Shown piece by piece: positions 12,961 to 30,428 of a stretch of 64,000 nt of DNA (position 1 is its first letter; the number at the start of each line of letters is the position of its first letter). Source of the DNA: the human T2T-CHM13v2.0 reference genome, Homo sapiens; the NCBI RefSeq assembly GCF_009914755.1, contig NC_060926.1; one strand, 5' to 3'. Position numbers and translations under genes: made by a program. The notes under the pieces are model-generated. The model saw only the letters and a program-made list of their open reading frames with translations, searched no databases and was not told the origin of the DNA.

Positions 12961-15583
12961 ATAAAGCTGATACAAAGAAGTTAAGTACCTTGCCCAGGGT
13001 CATAGAGTTAGTGACAGAGCTGGGATTCAGTGTCCATGAGCTTATGCACATAGCTGGTCTCCTAAATATATGATAAACCTGTTTAGGATTTGAGATTTCG
13101 ACATAAAAACCAATATAGAGGATTCAGGGGTTATGCATCCCAGAGAAAATCACTTTTTTCAGGTATAGTGCAGAACTGCATTCTATTTTAGATCCCCAGC
13201 TGAAAATATGGTAGGAATCCTGCTAGATATACTGACCCACTGACCATTATTACCTTTTCCTGCTCATCTTTTGATTATCTCCTCCACTTCTCTTTGCTAC
13301 TTAGGGACACTGGATTTTGTGGATGCTCCTTGGACACACTGGAATGCACCTTGGGCAGCCCGTGGATCATTTTCCCCAGTATGAAGCATGGGAGGAGCTG
13401 GAAAATGAACTCATGAGCCAGTTGAGCCAGCACAACAAGCTGGAGCCAGGTAGGCCTGTTCATGATCCGAACTATATTTATTATCTGACTTTGCTTCCAG
13501 AAGCTGCATAGCCAGAAGTCAATTTTTCCCATTGATATTGGACCAACTGAAAGAATAGAAAGATTAAATTGATGAGAGGATTGGCTGTCATATAGAGCTT
13601 TTCTCTCATCTTTGGCCAAGAAGGGAGAATCAAACATAGTGCTCAAGGCTTCAATTGGAGTAGGCACTCAACTAATATTTATTGCATGAATAAATGAATG
13701 ACTGACTGGAGAATAAGTGTTTCCCTTCATTAATAGTATATCTTTCCCTTAACTTGTTTAAGTTCCTTCTATGAGAACTTCTAATGAGAAGCTTTGACTC
13801 ACAATGTTGTAAATATTGCTGTTTCTGTCTTATATAGACCAATTATTACATTAAAATTGTAATATCTTTTACTTCTCTTTCTTGGAGAAAACTTCCCAGG
13901 GACAGTGAGACTTTTTTCAGACAAACAGCTGCTTTGGAATTCATAAAACCACTGGTATTTTAAACTCTACAGATGATACCAAAATGTTTTTTTTAAAAAC
14001 TAAAAAGAATAACAGACGGAATTTATTATCTCATCTTGGGAGTGGGGGCAGTGCAGCATGCACTTAGATCAAGAAATTTCCTGAGTTGTGAGTGGATGTG
14101 ACTCACTTTTTATACCAAGGCCATGGAATATTAAGGGACCATTTTCCATCTCTATCTTCCTGAAATGGTATCATTTCTACATCATTGATGATAAATGTAT
14201 TATGTTTTCTGTTAAATATCCTATTATCTGGGGGAAAAAAGAGGCATTGGTGTTACCAGTGGTTAGAAAAGAACCTTTGTATATCTCTAAGTTTTTACAT
14301 CTTTAATTGGGATTATTCTTTTCTCTATTTCTCTCTCTCTCTCTACCCCCTTCTTTTCTTTCTTTCTTCTTCCTTTCTCTCTTAATATACATCTACTTCT
14401 CTTGAGCAATTACATGTCTTTGGTAACTCTCATCAACATAAATTGTCAACATTATTATGAGCCTGTGAGTTTTCATCCTGAAGTGATGCAGTGGAAGTTT
14501 CACTGAGGCAATATCTTGGTGATATTCTCCTTCCAGTAGGGCTGGGTTGTTGGGCTAAATGTGCAGTTGAAGAGAGACCCCCACCCCCACCCTCCAGAAT
14601 CACCAAGAAAGTTCTGTGGTTATCGACAGTGGGAATTGAGCCAGCTACAGTTAACTTTCAACAATAAACCAACTGGGATATCTCTGTGTCCTCATCAGCA
14701 TGTGCATTCAAATGAGCTCCCATTAGCATTATTATCCCAAATTTCTTTCTTTTGTCCCACCCTGCTGAAGCATCCCTGCCAAGGCCTCCCAGTGAATTCC
14801 TGGGAGTCCCCAAGGAGTGTCTCGCCTCCTCACATGCCTGCCAGTCAGGTCCTTAAGCAGCCCCACACCTTCCTCTCCTGGATCCTCCACCCATGCCAGG
14901 CTGGAGGGAACCTCACTATAGCACCAGCTGGTGGTGCCTATGGTAAGAACGAAGTGTAACACTGGTGACATCTCCCTAACCCGCTAGTCTTCAAGAAGCC
15001 AGAGCTGTCTGGGTGCCTCAAAGAAGTAGGGGAGAATGGTCCTCAACCCTAGTTCTGTGCCATACTTTGATATGCACAAGAGTGGCCATGTTGGGGTCCA
15101 GGTGACAATGTCTCTTGAAAATAGCTCCTTCAGACTCTGGCCCTTACCCTTCTACCCACCAGGTGATAACCCAGTCCAGGGGATCAGTTGCAGATGGAGG
15201 TTAGATCATGGCTTCAACTCTCCATGGCTATGCCCCCATCTCAAAACTATGCAAAACAACAAACAGAAAGAAGTCACTACCACCACCACCAACACACTCT
15301 CCTTGCTCCAAAAACAAGAGCTCTTGTGGATATCAGATTATACAAAGTTGTACGCAGAATAGTCACTACTCTACTCTATGCTGTTCCACAAGCAGCCTAA
15401 TTCTGACCCTCCACCTGTGCTCAGCAGAGCCTCACGCTACTGTGCTCTACATGGTAGCCCCCACTTTCCATGTTCTGCACACCCTTGCTGGAGACTCCGC
15501 CATTCGCTTACTCACTGTGCGTTATAAGCATGATGCAATGAGCATTCCTTGCCTCCTTCACTTGTGCATTCAGCAGTTCTGCT

Positions 15584-16022
15584 GGTATCAGTTAGCCACA
15601 GCTAATGTTGTACATCAAACCACACTCAAACTCCATGGCTTAACAGAATAATCATCTATTCTCCCTCATATATTTGGGTTTGGCTGATCCAGGTTCAGTT
15701 CAGCTGGGCTTGATTTCAAGCTACAGATTTGGTCCAGATGTGCTCCTTATGTCTTCTTCACCCTCTTTGGACCAACAGGCTAACCAGGACATTTCTTCTC
15801 ATGGCAGAAGCAAAAGAAGGGCCAGCCCAACTGCACAAGTACATTTGCAGGCTCTGCTTATATCAAGTCTACTAGTATTCTATCGAGCCAAGCAAGTCAC
15901 AGGGCCAAACCCCACGTCAATGAAGCAGAGAGGTACTGCCTCCATGGAGGTATAGAGGGGCGGGAATTGGGGATGGTGGACAGGGAGTGAATATTTGCTA
16001 AATGATAGATTAGACTATCACA
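15584..16022 (-). mobile_element. MaLR solo LTR (MLT1H/I/J-like)
   Basis: gtatcagttag...aaactccatggcttaac...gccaagcaagtcacagggccaaaccc...actatcaca matches reverse-strand MLT1. Confidence 0.75.
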
Positions 16023-18634
16023 ATGCTCAAGCTCTAACTTAAATGGTCAGTAAACAAGTATCAAATGTAGTCAAGAAAATACCAACGGAGCTATTTTTGC
16101 CTGAAACAGGCTGCTCTAACAAGTTTATGTGGAAGCATACATCCATGTTTCATATTGTGGGACCATGTGTACAAATGTTTCACATCAAAGCATTACCACT
16201 TGCCTTCTTGGTCAGCTCCCAGCTGATTTTGTTTGAAACAGTCACGACTTACTCAGTGAGGGACCTCTGGTTTCCAGAACCAATTCTGCCTTGTCTTTCA
16301 AGAAATCATTCCTGCTTTCTCTGCCTTATATTCCATCTGAACTTCCTCTTTCACTATTGCCCCATTTCCATATCTCCTGTGTTCAGACTTCCCTGTTGTC
16401 CCAAAATGTTTCTGGAGAAGTCTGTAATAGCTTTCCAAATTCAAAAGAAGGAAAAAAACAGAGGTCCTTTTCTATCACTCTTCTTCCAGCTTAAATTATG
16501 TGTGTGTGTTAATATATACATGTATGGGTGTATTTATGTGTTTGTATCTATAAAGAGAATATATGTGTGTGTAATGTAATTATTACTCTTATTACTGGTG
16601 ATGAAACAGAGATTAAACAAACAAAAACAGTAAAGACATATACAGCACTCACCCCTTCCTGCAGGTGAGGAGAGTTGCAACACTATATTTGGGATCCTTC
16701 TTGCTTCTATTGTTCTGCATTCTCTTTGATCTGAAATAGTAACATAGAAATTTTCTTTCACAGGGAAAAAGATATCCTTTTTAGCCACATGTTTAATTCT
16801 TCAATGTCAATATTTGCAGAAAACATGAGCACAGCATGATATTGCCTTAGAGTTGTTGATTAATCCCATTCGGAAGCTTCCCTAAGTTTTTTTTTTGATC
16901 TTCAGTTCATCATTAGTCTGGTAATGGTGTGTGTGCCTCTGTGAGTGTATTATTGTATTGCCCCAAAGCCTAATAATGATGACAGTGAGGCTTTATTGTG
17001 GATTAAGTTTACAGACTTCCTCATTCCCATCCAGTTCCATGGGAGTAATGACTTAACTCAGCTTCCATGGGAAATAGAGACCAGCCATAGATGCCTGAGA
17101 GGAGTAATGGTGGCACTGATGTAATCTCCAACCTAGATATGCCAGGGATGTTTGTCACCTGTTTAAGAAGCTAAAATGTCACCATGGAGTCTACAGTTTT
17201 TTTGATAACCATTTCATCTACAAAACAAAGGAGGTGTGTGAACACATGAAATGAAAAATAAGAGACACTGTGAGCTAGGGGAGCCCTGGATGCCCTCCAG
17301 GAGTCTCTACGTCTTGGGGCACTGAGGTCCTCTCCCAGGGCTGGGCACAAGGAGTCTCTCATTGTGCTCACCCTTTTCCCTGCCTCACTCTGGCTTTTGG
17401 ATGAGAGTAAATAGAACTGAGAAAATATCAGAAAAGTTGCTCCATAAGAGAAAGGCAAACCATTTTCAGTCTCCTAACCACTCTTCTTCCTTTCTTGAGG
17501 CTTAAACCAACTTTAATCACAAAGCCATGAGGCCACTGGTTTTCCCACCCATTCGCTGCAATGTGGGATCAAACATTTTCTTTTTTGTGTCTGTTTATAT
17601 GATCACTTATGTAGCCTGCAGACTTTCAGAGAGATGCCGTATTGGTTTCCTTCAAATATTAGGGCTTTATTTTATTTTCATTTCCCAAAATATAAAATCT
17701 GAGTCCCTTAGCTTGGGATCACTAAGTACCAAGAAATTAGCTGAGTTAAAGTGGCTCACAGAACTTGGGACAATTATAGCTTCTTGCAACGCCAAAAAGT
17801 ACTTCTGAGCCAAGGTCATTCAGGAAATCTCAGCTAAATAAAAATGTCATTAAGTTTTGTAAAACCTTTTTGCTGGGCAAGAAGTAAAAAATAACTTAGA
17901 AACCATTTGAAAATCCTAAAGGTCAGACTTCTCTGAGCAAAGGCTTCATCAGGCTTCTGCCTCTTACTGAAAGTCAAAGCATCAAATGTCCACTGATTCT
18001 TGAGCCCTCTTTATTCCCTACCCAGAGCTGAGCCCAATGCCTCACAGTCTGCCTGTTTCCAATTCCTCTGTGCCAGCATATCTGTTAATGTCCCAAGCGG
18101 CTTCCTTTACAGCCGCGCGATCATCTGTGTATTATTAACTAACCGCAAATTAAAGTCATTACTTGGTGCTTAATTTTATGTAACATTTCTTTGTAATGTG
18201 TACAAAAGAAATTTGTTTTTAGCAGGAGTTTTGTAAATAGCATGTGCCGTGATTAATTAGAGAATATGAATCTGCTGATTTGAAATTAAATTCAGTGCAA
18301 CCATTTTCTTTAGAAATAATTTCTTAAATAACATTTCAAGGTGTGTGAGTCTTCAAAAGAAAAAGTAAGCATCTTGCATTGATTGTCCTAATGCTCCATC
18401 CTAGATACTGTTTAGACTTTACCTGCTAGAGAACTCGCTTTTATTTTTCTCGTATCTATAGGCACTGTAAGGAACAACAACATTCAAAGGGCTATTATAA
18501 ATCCTTTTTGGAACAAGGTAGAGTATAAATGAATAAACAAACAAATGAGCAAATCCTAAAATACTTGGAGGTCAGTTATATTTCAGTATAGTTTGCTCTT
18601 CTCCAACTACTGTGCTTTTTCTCTTCCTCTTACA

Positions 18635-18996
18635 CCCCAAGTGCATTCCTGCCTCTAGGCCTTCGCACTTGTTCCTTCTGCCTGGACATCAATCCCCCTG
18701 GGTCTTCATGTGGCTTGAACTTTAGTCAGGGACTTTTCTGATCATTGTAGCTAAGGAAGTTCCCTGCCCCAGCCCCTATCACATCACTGTGTTTAATGTT
18801 TTATTTGCTGAATAAATCACTCTGTGATATTACCTGGCTTTGTGATTGTTTCTTTTCCTCTGTCTCCTCCTATGAAATGTAAGATCCTCAAGAGCAAAAA
18901 CTTGTCTGCCTTGCCTTCCCTGTATCTCTAACACCAAGAACAATGTCTGGCACATCAGTGGGTGCTTAAATAATCTCTGCAAAATCAATGAATGGA
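18635..18996 (+). mobile_element. L2 LINE 3' end
   Basis: cctgcctctaggccttcgcacttgttccttctgcctgg...aatgtaagatcctcaagagc...gaacaatgtctggcacatcagt...aatgaatgga. Confidence 0.8.
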
Positions 18997-19634
18997 TTGC
19001 ATTGCTCTCACAAGCCAATAATTAACCATGCCCCTAATGGAGAGAAAGCATAATCGGCTTTCAAAGTTTTCTTGAGGGAACAGAAAGAGAAATTCAGTAT
19101 TTGTTGCCTAGCCATGAGATACCTTGCAAGGGAATGAAGAATTAAAATATGAAAAAATTAGATGGGAAAAGCAGGAAGTAAATGTTGTAACTAGACGCCC
19201 CCTGAGAAGTGAAGCCTTCAATCACTTGGCACCTCCTGCATTTATGAGCCCAGCAACCAGTTGAACTGTTCCTATTAAAATGACTTGGCCAAGCCATCAT
19301 CTTTGTTGATTGATAATAAATTAAAAGATCTGAAGAATCTTTCAACCTTCATGTATTTAAAACAGGATTCTTAGGGTTGATATGGTGTTTCTGAGCAAGA
19401 ATTAGATGAGGGTGCTGCTGTGATATCACAAAGAGTTTCTGACCAAGAGAATAAAAATTAAGAGGTATAAATGTACGTGTTGTATCATACTACATTTTAG
19501 TTTTGTCTTCAAAATATACCAAAGTCTTTCTTTCTCCCCAGAGTCTCATGCCTTTTAAAGCTCTTCTGTAATTCTTCCTTTACATTAAGTCTAAATCGAA
19601 TGGATGGGACCTTGCCTAGCAATATTAAGATTTT

Positions 19635-19939
19635 AGCCTGGGTCCAGTGGCTCATGCCTATAATCCCAGCACTTTGGGAGGTGGAGGCAAGGCATCTCTT
19701 GAGGTCAGGAGTTCGAGACCAGCCTGAGCAATATAGTGAAACCCCATCTCTACTAAAACTTTTAAAATTAGCGAGGTGTGCTGACCCATGCCTGTGGTCT
19801 CAGCTATTCCAGAGGCTGAGGCAGGAAGATTGCATGAGCCCAGATGTTTGAGGTTACAGTGAACTATGATCACAGCACTTGTCTCCAGCCTGGGTGACCC
19901 AGCAAGACTCAAACAAACTACAACAATGACAACAACAAA
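19635..19939 (+). mobile_element. AluJ-type SINE
   Basis: Dimeric Alu with J-like right arm (gagcccagatgtttgaggttacagtgaactatgatc) and a decayed CAA-rich tail. Confidence 0.93.
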
Positions 19940-20027
19940 TGATTATATTTCCCAATTGTGAGTAGAGTCTGGAAAATGTTTATTTTCTGATTTTTCTGTG
20001 TACTTAAAGTGAACAAAAATTTAGGTG

Positions 20028-20165
20028 GCTCAGTGTGCAATGAGTTGCAATTGCCACATGTTCAAATTCCATCTCTGCCATTTACTAACTGTATAAACTT
20101 GGGCAACATACTTAAATCTCGCTGAATCTCAGTTTTCTCATCTGCAAAATGGGCTTAAGATAACT
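20028..20165 (+). mobile_element. MIR SINE
   Basis: ctctgccatttactaactgtataaacttgggcaac...tctcagttttctcatctgcaaaatggg. Confidence 0.8.
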
Positions 20166-20219
20166 CACGTGGATCAAATGTCAAGCATTTGTTTTCATGT
20201 AATCACAAGTGGCAGTTCT

Positions 20220-20374
20220 TTTACTTTTTACTTTTGGATTTTAAGGTGTGCTCTAGAAAGTCATCTCCAATCCTGGTTATAGATTAATTCACCCAGGGTT
20301 TTTTCCCTCCAATATTTTAGATGTTCTACCTTTTACACATAAATTTCTCATCCACTTAGAATTTGTCCTGTTAT
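20220..20374 (-). mobile_element. Old L1M (L1ME-like) fragment, left part
   Basis: T-rich antisense L1 ORF2-like sequence that continues after 26721 across the Alu TSD. Confidence 0.6.
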
Positions 20375-20375
20375 T

Positions 20376-20508
20376 GGCTGGGTGCAGTGGCTCACACCTG
20401 TAATCCCAGCACTTTGGGAGGCTGAGGCGGGTGGATCATGAGGTCAGGAGATCGAGACCATCCTGGCTAACACAGTGAAACCCATCTTTACTAAAAAAAT
20501 ACAAAACA
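20376..20508 (+). mobile_element. AluY left arm (interrupted by L1)
   Basis: ggagatcgagaccatcctggctaacac is Y-diagnostic; 15-bp TSD aatttgt(c/t)ctgttat at 20360-20374 and 26707-26721. Confidence 0.95.
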
Positions 20509-21410
20509 GAGGAGCCAAGATGGCCGAATAGGAACAGCTCAGGTCTACAGCTCCCAGCATGAGCGACGCAGAAGAGGGGTGATTTCTGCATTTCCATCTG
20601 AGGTACCGGGTTCATCTCACTAGGGAGTGCCAGACAGTGGGTGCAGGTCAGTGGGTGCACGCACCGTGTGCGAGCTGAAGCAGGGCGAGGCATTGCCTCA
20701 CTCGGGAAGCACAAGGGGTCAGGGAGTTCCCTTTCCTAGTCAAAGAAAGGGGTGACAGATGGCATCTGGAAAATCGGGTCACTCCCATCCGAATACTGTG
20801 CTTTTCCCACAGGCTTAAAAAACGGCGCACCAGGAGATTATATCCCACACCTGGCTCGGAGGGTCCTACGCCCACGGAGTCTCACTGATTGCTAGCACAG
20901 CAGTCTGAGATCAAACTGCAAGGCGGCAGCGAGGCTGGGGGAGGGCGCCTGCCATTGCCCAGGCTTGCTTAGGTAAACAAAGCAGCCGGGAAGCTCGAAC
21001 TGGGTGGAGCCCACCACAGCTCAAGGAGGCCTGCCTGCCTGTATAGGCTCCACCTCTGGGGGCAGGGCACAGACAAACAAAAAGACAGCAGTAACCTCTG
21101 CAGACTTAAATGTCCCTGTCTGACAGCTTTGAAGAGAGCAGTGGTTCTCCCAGCACGCAGCTGGAGATCTGAGAACGGGCAGACTGCCTCCTCAAGTGGG
21201 TCCCTGACCCCTGACCCCTGAGCAGCCTAACTGGGAGGCACCCCCCAGAAGGGGCACACTGACACCTCACACGGCTGGGTACTCCAACAGACCTGCAGCT
21301 GAGGGTCCTGTCTGTTAGAAGGAAAACTAACAAACAGAAAGGACATCCACACCAAAAACCCATCTGTATATCACCATCATCAAAGACCAAAAGTAGATAA
21401 AACCACAAAG
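20509..21410 (+). promoter_or_regulatory. L1 5'UTR internal sense promoter and antisense promoter region
   Basis: YY1 core caagatggcc intact near the 5' end; CpG-rich UTR. Confidence 0.8.
20740..20955 (-). pseudogene. L1 ORF0, disrupted
   Basis: ATG at 20955-20953, a 1-bp deletion just after it and CGA>TGA at 20884-20882; track ORF 20648-20875 holds the ORF0 C-part GVGPSEPGVGY. Confidence 0.7.
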
Positions 21411-22426
21411 ATGGGGAAAAAACAGAGCAGAAAAACTGGAAACTCTAAAAAGCAGAGCGCCTCTCCTCCTCCAAAGGAACGCAGTTCCTCACCAGCAACG
21501 GAGCAAAGCTAGACGGAGAATGACTTTGACGAGCTGAGAGAAGAAGGCTTCAGACAATCAAATTACTCTGAGCTACGGGAGGACATTCAAACCAAAGGCA
21601 AAGAAGTTGAAAACTTTGAAAAAACTTTAGAAGAATGTATAACTAGAATAATCAATACAGAGAAGTGCTTAAAGGAGCTGATGGAGCTGAAAACCAAGGC
21701 TCGAGAACTACGTGAAGAATGCAGAAGCCTCAGGAGCCGATGCGATCAACTGGAAGAAAGGATATCAGCAATGGAAGATGAAGTGAATGAAATGAAGCGA
21801 GAAGGGAAGTTTAGAAAATAAAGAATAAAAAGAAACGAGCAAAGCCTCCAAGAAATATGGGACTATGTGAAAAGACCAAATCTACGTCTGATTGGTGTAC
21901 CTGAAAGTGATGAGGAGAATGGAACCAAGTTGGAAAACACTCTGCAGGATATTATCCAGGAGAACTTCCCCAATCTAGCAAGGCAGGCCAACATTCAGAT
22001 TCAGGAAATACAGAGAACACCACAAAGATACTCCTCGAGAAGAGCAACTCCAAGACACATAATTGTCAGATTCACCAAAGTTGAAATGAAGGAAAAAATG
22101 TAAGGGCAGCCAGAGAGAAAGCTCGGGTTACCCACAAAGGGAAGCCCATCAGACTAACAGTGGATCTCTCAGCAGAAACCCTACAAGCCAGAAGAGAGTG
22201 GGGGCCAATATTCAACATTCTTAAAGAAAAGAATTTTCAACCCAGAATTTCATATCCAGCCAAACTAAGCTTCATAAGTGAAGGAGAAATAAAATACTTT
22301 ACAGACAAGCAAATGCTGAGAGATTTTGTCACCACCAGGCCTGCCCTAAAAGAGCTCCTGAAGGAAGCACTAAACATGGAAAGGAACAACTGGTACCAGC
22401 CGCTGCAAAATCATGCCAAAACGTAA
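21411..22426 (+). pseudogene. L1 ORF1p, disrupted
   Basis: ATG GGG AAA AAA CAG at 21411; in-frame stops TAG 21510 and TAA 21819; frameshift near 22101; fragments KRPNLRLIGVPE and ARREWGPIF. Confidence 0.97.
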
Positions 22427-22489
22427 AGACCATCGAGACTAGGAAGAAACTGCATGAACTAACGAGCAAAATAACCAGCTAACATCATA

Positions 22490-26295
<3,806 letters not shown>

Positions 26296-26484
26296 ACAAT
26301 GAGAACACATGGACACAGGAAGGGGAACATCACACTCTGGGGACTGTTGTGGGGTGGGGGGAGGGGCGAGGGATAGCATTGGGAGATATACCTAATGCTA
26401 GATGACGAGTTAATGGGTGCAGCGCACCAGCATGGCACATGTTTACATATGTAACTAACCTGCACATTGTGCACATGTACCCTA

Positions 26485-27320
<836 letters not shown>

Positions 27321-27344
27321 ATTCAGGAATCATGTTGTTATGGC

Positions 27345-28416
27345 AGTACTGGCATTAGTATTCTGAAACTGTTGTGTATGTAGTGTGAGGTAAAGCAAGA
27401 ATATGTATATATTGGTGTCATTGAGAACTGGAATTTTCAGCTTGGGTGAGAGTAGATACAGCTTTAAGATCAATGAGGTAAAAATACTGTAGTCCTGAAA
27501 ATAAATCTGAATAGCAGTACTAATTCATAATATGTTTTATGGTTTAAAAGCATGTATTTTCTAGTTCTTTCCACTGGAAAGGCCTAGAAACAATGGCCAA
27601 CCTACTACTACTAGCAGTGAGCACCTCCAGAACCCTGATTGCATCTCTAAAACTATTTTCCACCAAAAGGAACCCACCTCTTGGAAAGATGGCTGATTCC
27701 AGATCTCAGACAGGGAGTTTATGAAATGAGCCTGGAATATATTGTCATGCCAGGTATCAAGGATGCTATGAAAAAGTACTATGATTCTGTCCAAAGAGGA
27801 TCCAACTGGCCAAAGATGGGATAATTTGAGCTCTTCAGTGGAATGATAAATGAAATGAATTCAATGGAAACATATCAAGTATATTTAAATGTAAATTCGG
27901 AATGATATCAAAAATCTAAATTCATTAATCATCTTTAAAGAACGCTACAGGATTAATTCATTGTGTTAAAAAAAATGGTCTCAAAGTAATCAAATAATCA
28001 AGGGTAAGTTTCTCTTTATAGAATTTTTCCAGCTAATAAATGAATGAGGATGGATAGAATTGAGACATCAGCATGTTGCAACCTTCTAATGAATTAATGG
28101 CTCTGGACAGTGTTCACTAATGGCTGCTAAACACCAAAGAGAGACACTTAGACATTACGTACCTCCTAACGGAAGTGCAGAACACTACATGTGCATTAAT
28201 CTTGACAACAAAATAATTGAACCTGAATCTGGTTAAGCTTCTAAATCCAACTACCAATTTACAGCTTACAATGACAGAGGAACATGTTAAACATCACAGG
28301 GATGCCATCAGCAAACTCCAAACTGTGGGAAATTCCAAGACAGCCAGTTTATTCAACATTAACTTAAACAAGTTGCAAAGGGGAGGTGGGAGATATGGTT
28401 GAGAAACTTACAAATT
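27345..28416 (+). mobile_element. L1MC-type 3' region; resumes at about 30443-30512
   Basis: gaaaggcctagaaacaatggccaacc...atggctgattccagatc...aatttacag...cagcaaactccaaactgtgggaaatt resembles L1MC4/5 3'UTR. Confidence 0.65.
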
Positions 28417-30428
28417 TTTTTGGCACGCAAACATTCATTTGACCGTATTTTAAAGGCAGAGCAGAATCACATTCACTTTCTTATATATATATAAGATTAT
28501 ATATAATCACTATAAACAGGCTGGATTTCAGAGCTCTAAGTTCACTTTGGAAACTTTTGAACAGTTGACCACTAGCAGCCCAGCAAGCTTTTTCCTTCCC
28601 TTCCAGGCTCTCCTGCACTTTAGTAGGGAGGAGGCAGTGTGTTGGTGACAACTGATGCTAAATAAATAGTGCGTGGTTGTGCTTGCCAAACCCTTTCCAC
28701 CTCTTCCACAAGCAACAGGGAGACTTGGCTTATTCTTTATCTGAAGTCTCCAAGTCAACAAGTAGGTTATCAGACACAAAGAATAGAGGGAAGCTTCTGT
28801 TGTAGATAATTTTAAACGTTAAGAATGGATGAACTTGGAGCTTAAGTGCTCAGTCCTCCTTTTGCTGACCAGAGAGAGGTATGCTAGCAAGAGAGCTCAG
28901 ATGCTTGGTCTATTGAAGCATCAGTGTAATATATTCAGTTCCTTTGATTAAAAAGTGCTGGAAAAGCCATCTCTGGGTGGAGAAGGGAAGTGAGTTGATT
29001 ACAATGATGGTACTATAAAAGGCAAATCAAAGCAGCAAACAGCAGGCAATGCCCCTTTCCTCTTGAACTCCAACAATCAGTCCACTCCTGTCAGCTTTAC
29101 AGGCCAAGAAAACTCAACTGGGAAAGCAGAGGATGATAACTGGGGCAGAAAAAGAAGGCCTTTGTCCAGACCTGTGGACCACTTCAGACATTCTTTTTTC
29201 CCAGCACTGTGTGCTTTCTAGTCAAGGTGGTTATGGGGGATTCAAGGTTTAAGACTCCATTTTCTGGCCAGTGCTGTAAAATCGCATAAACAGCTGATCC
29301 TTTAGAGGTATACCATGCAGATGTCATGTTCTTTTCCAATTGCACCTTCCATGGTTTAGAGGCATAGATAGCTTCCCCACTGATGCTCAGCCACTTCCTA
29401 AAAGCAAGAAGCCTTTCTTGGAAGACAGGAACAGTTAGATCATCTTTAGCTTGTCCAATGTTGAGAAGATAGTTGCCTCTTAAACTTGCTGTCTGAAGCA
29501 GTTCCAAAACCATTTCAGATTCACTTGCAAAGTCAGACATTGCCATGTTGCAACCATTGCCCCAGAATTTCTTGTCAATGGTGGTACACATCTCTTACTT
29601 GTGGTCTTGCAACCTCCCCAGCTTAAGTTTCTCTTGACAGTTGTAGTGCTGTCCATGGTGACAGAACCATTTCTGACCCCATCAGTCATTTACTACCACC
29701 TCTTCCTTGATAGATATCATTGTAGAGGCAAGTTCAAATAAGTATCAGGACAGTCTCACTTTATTAGACAAAATCATATCAGACTTGTGCCTGTTAACAA
29801 GATCATATAGCTGTGGCATTGTTTTTACACTGCCAAAATGCTGTGTTTTGAAGCCATTTTTTTTTAAATCAAGTAGCTAGAGTGGATGGAACCATTCTAA
29901 GAAGTGATAGAGTTCATTGTGTATGTTCCTCTTCCAGACTGTTTCCAACTCACCAACCAAACTGGTAGGGCCCCACATCCTTAGAATTTAAGTTCTAAGA
30001 CATGAGACTCAGCCAGTTTGTGATGCTTTGTATCATGACTACATACTTGGCCTCCAAATCCTGGAAGAGATTGGCCCACTTGTCCATTCAGATGGAAGAA
30101 ACCCACTGTGAACTGCTGGCTAAAATCTGCATGGCTGAAGCCAGGTGGGTAGTGGTGATACATGAAACGCTGGTAGTGAATCTGTCTTCACCTTTCCAGA
30201 GCCACCAGCACCAAGAACACTCCCCAGTGCACAAACATGCCCCAGTGCACGAACATACTGAAACTGGCCTCACCAAATCAGTGTGGCAGCAGCCAGGAAT
30301 CCAGCCTCAGCCAGTCCAAAGTGTACCTGCCTGGAGCCCCAAGCACCCACATGACGGCTCCATGCGCCAGCAGCAGCAGTAGCAGCAGCGCAGGGGCCAC
30401 TGCCAGCAACTTCATCTAGTGAGCCCTG
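28417..30428 (-). pseudogene. FUCA1P1: Processed pseudogene of tissue alpha-L-fucosidase FUCA1 (GH29)
   Basis: Intronless; ATG at 30415 gives MKLLAVAPALLLLLLL..RYTLDWLRLDS..FVHWGVF; [34 protein letters not shown]; ends KLTGVD* at 29077; several stops and frameshifts; 3'UTR, short poly(A) remnant and degenerate TSD. Confidence 0.95.

Larger units (their letters stand above)
12482..13035 (-). mobile_element. MIR pieces (about 12482-12610 and 12961-13035) flanking an L2 3' end
   Basis: aataataataaacatttgttgaac... and gttaagtaccttgcccagggtcatagagttagtgacagagctgggattc. Confidence 0.6.

Noticed and set aside
14561-16579. Cluster of 108-178 aa ORFs
   Set aside because: No recognisable domains or coding bias, overlapping frames, and the cluster spans an MLT1 LTR and low-complexity DNA
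16645-16670. Pyrimidine tract plus CAG|GTGAG as a recursive splice site
   Set aside because: No known host transcript, short tract, and the motif is expected by chance
28480-28508. Two adjacent AT palindromes (16 and 14 bp)
   Set aside because: Trivial consequence of a (TA)n run in the pseudogene 3'UTR
30002-30419. Plus-strand ORFs ending in poly-Q or poly-S
   Set aside because: Antisense of the FUCA1P1 signal-peptide CTG run
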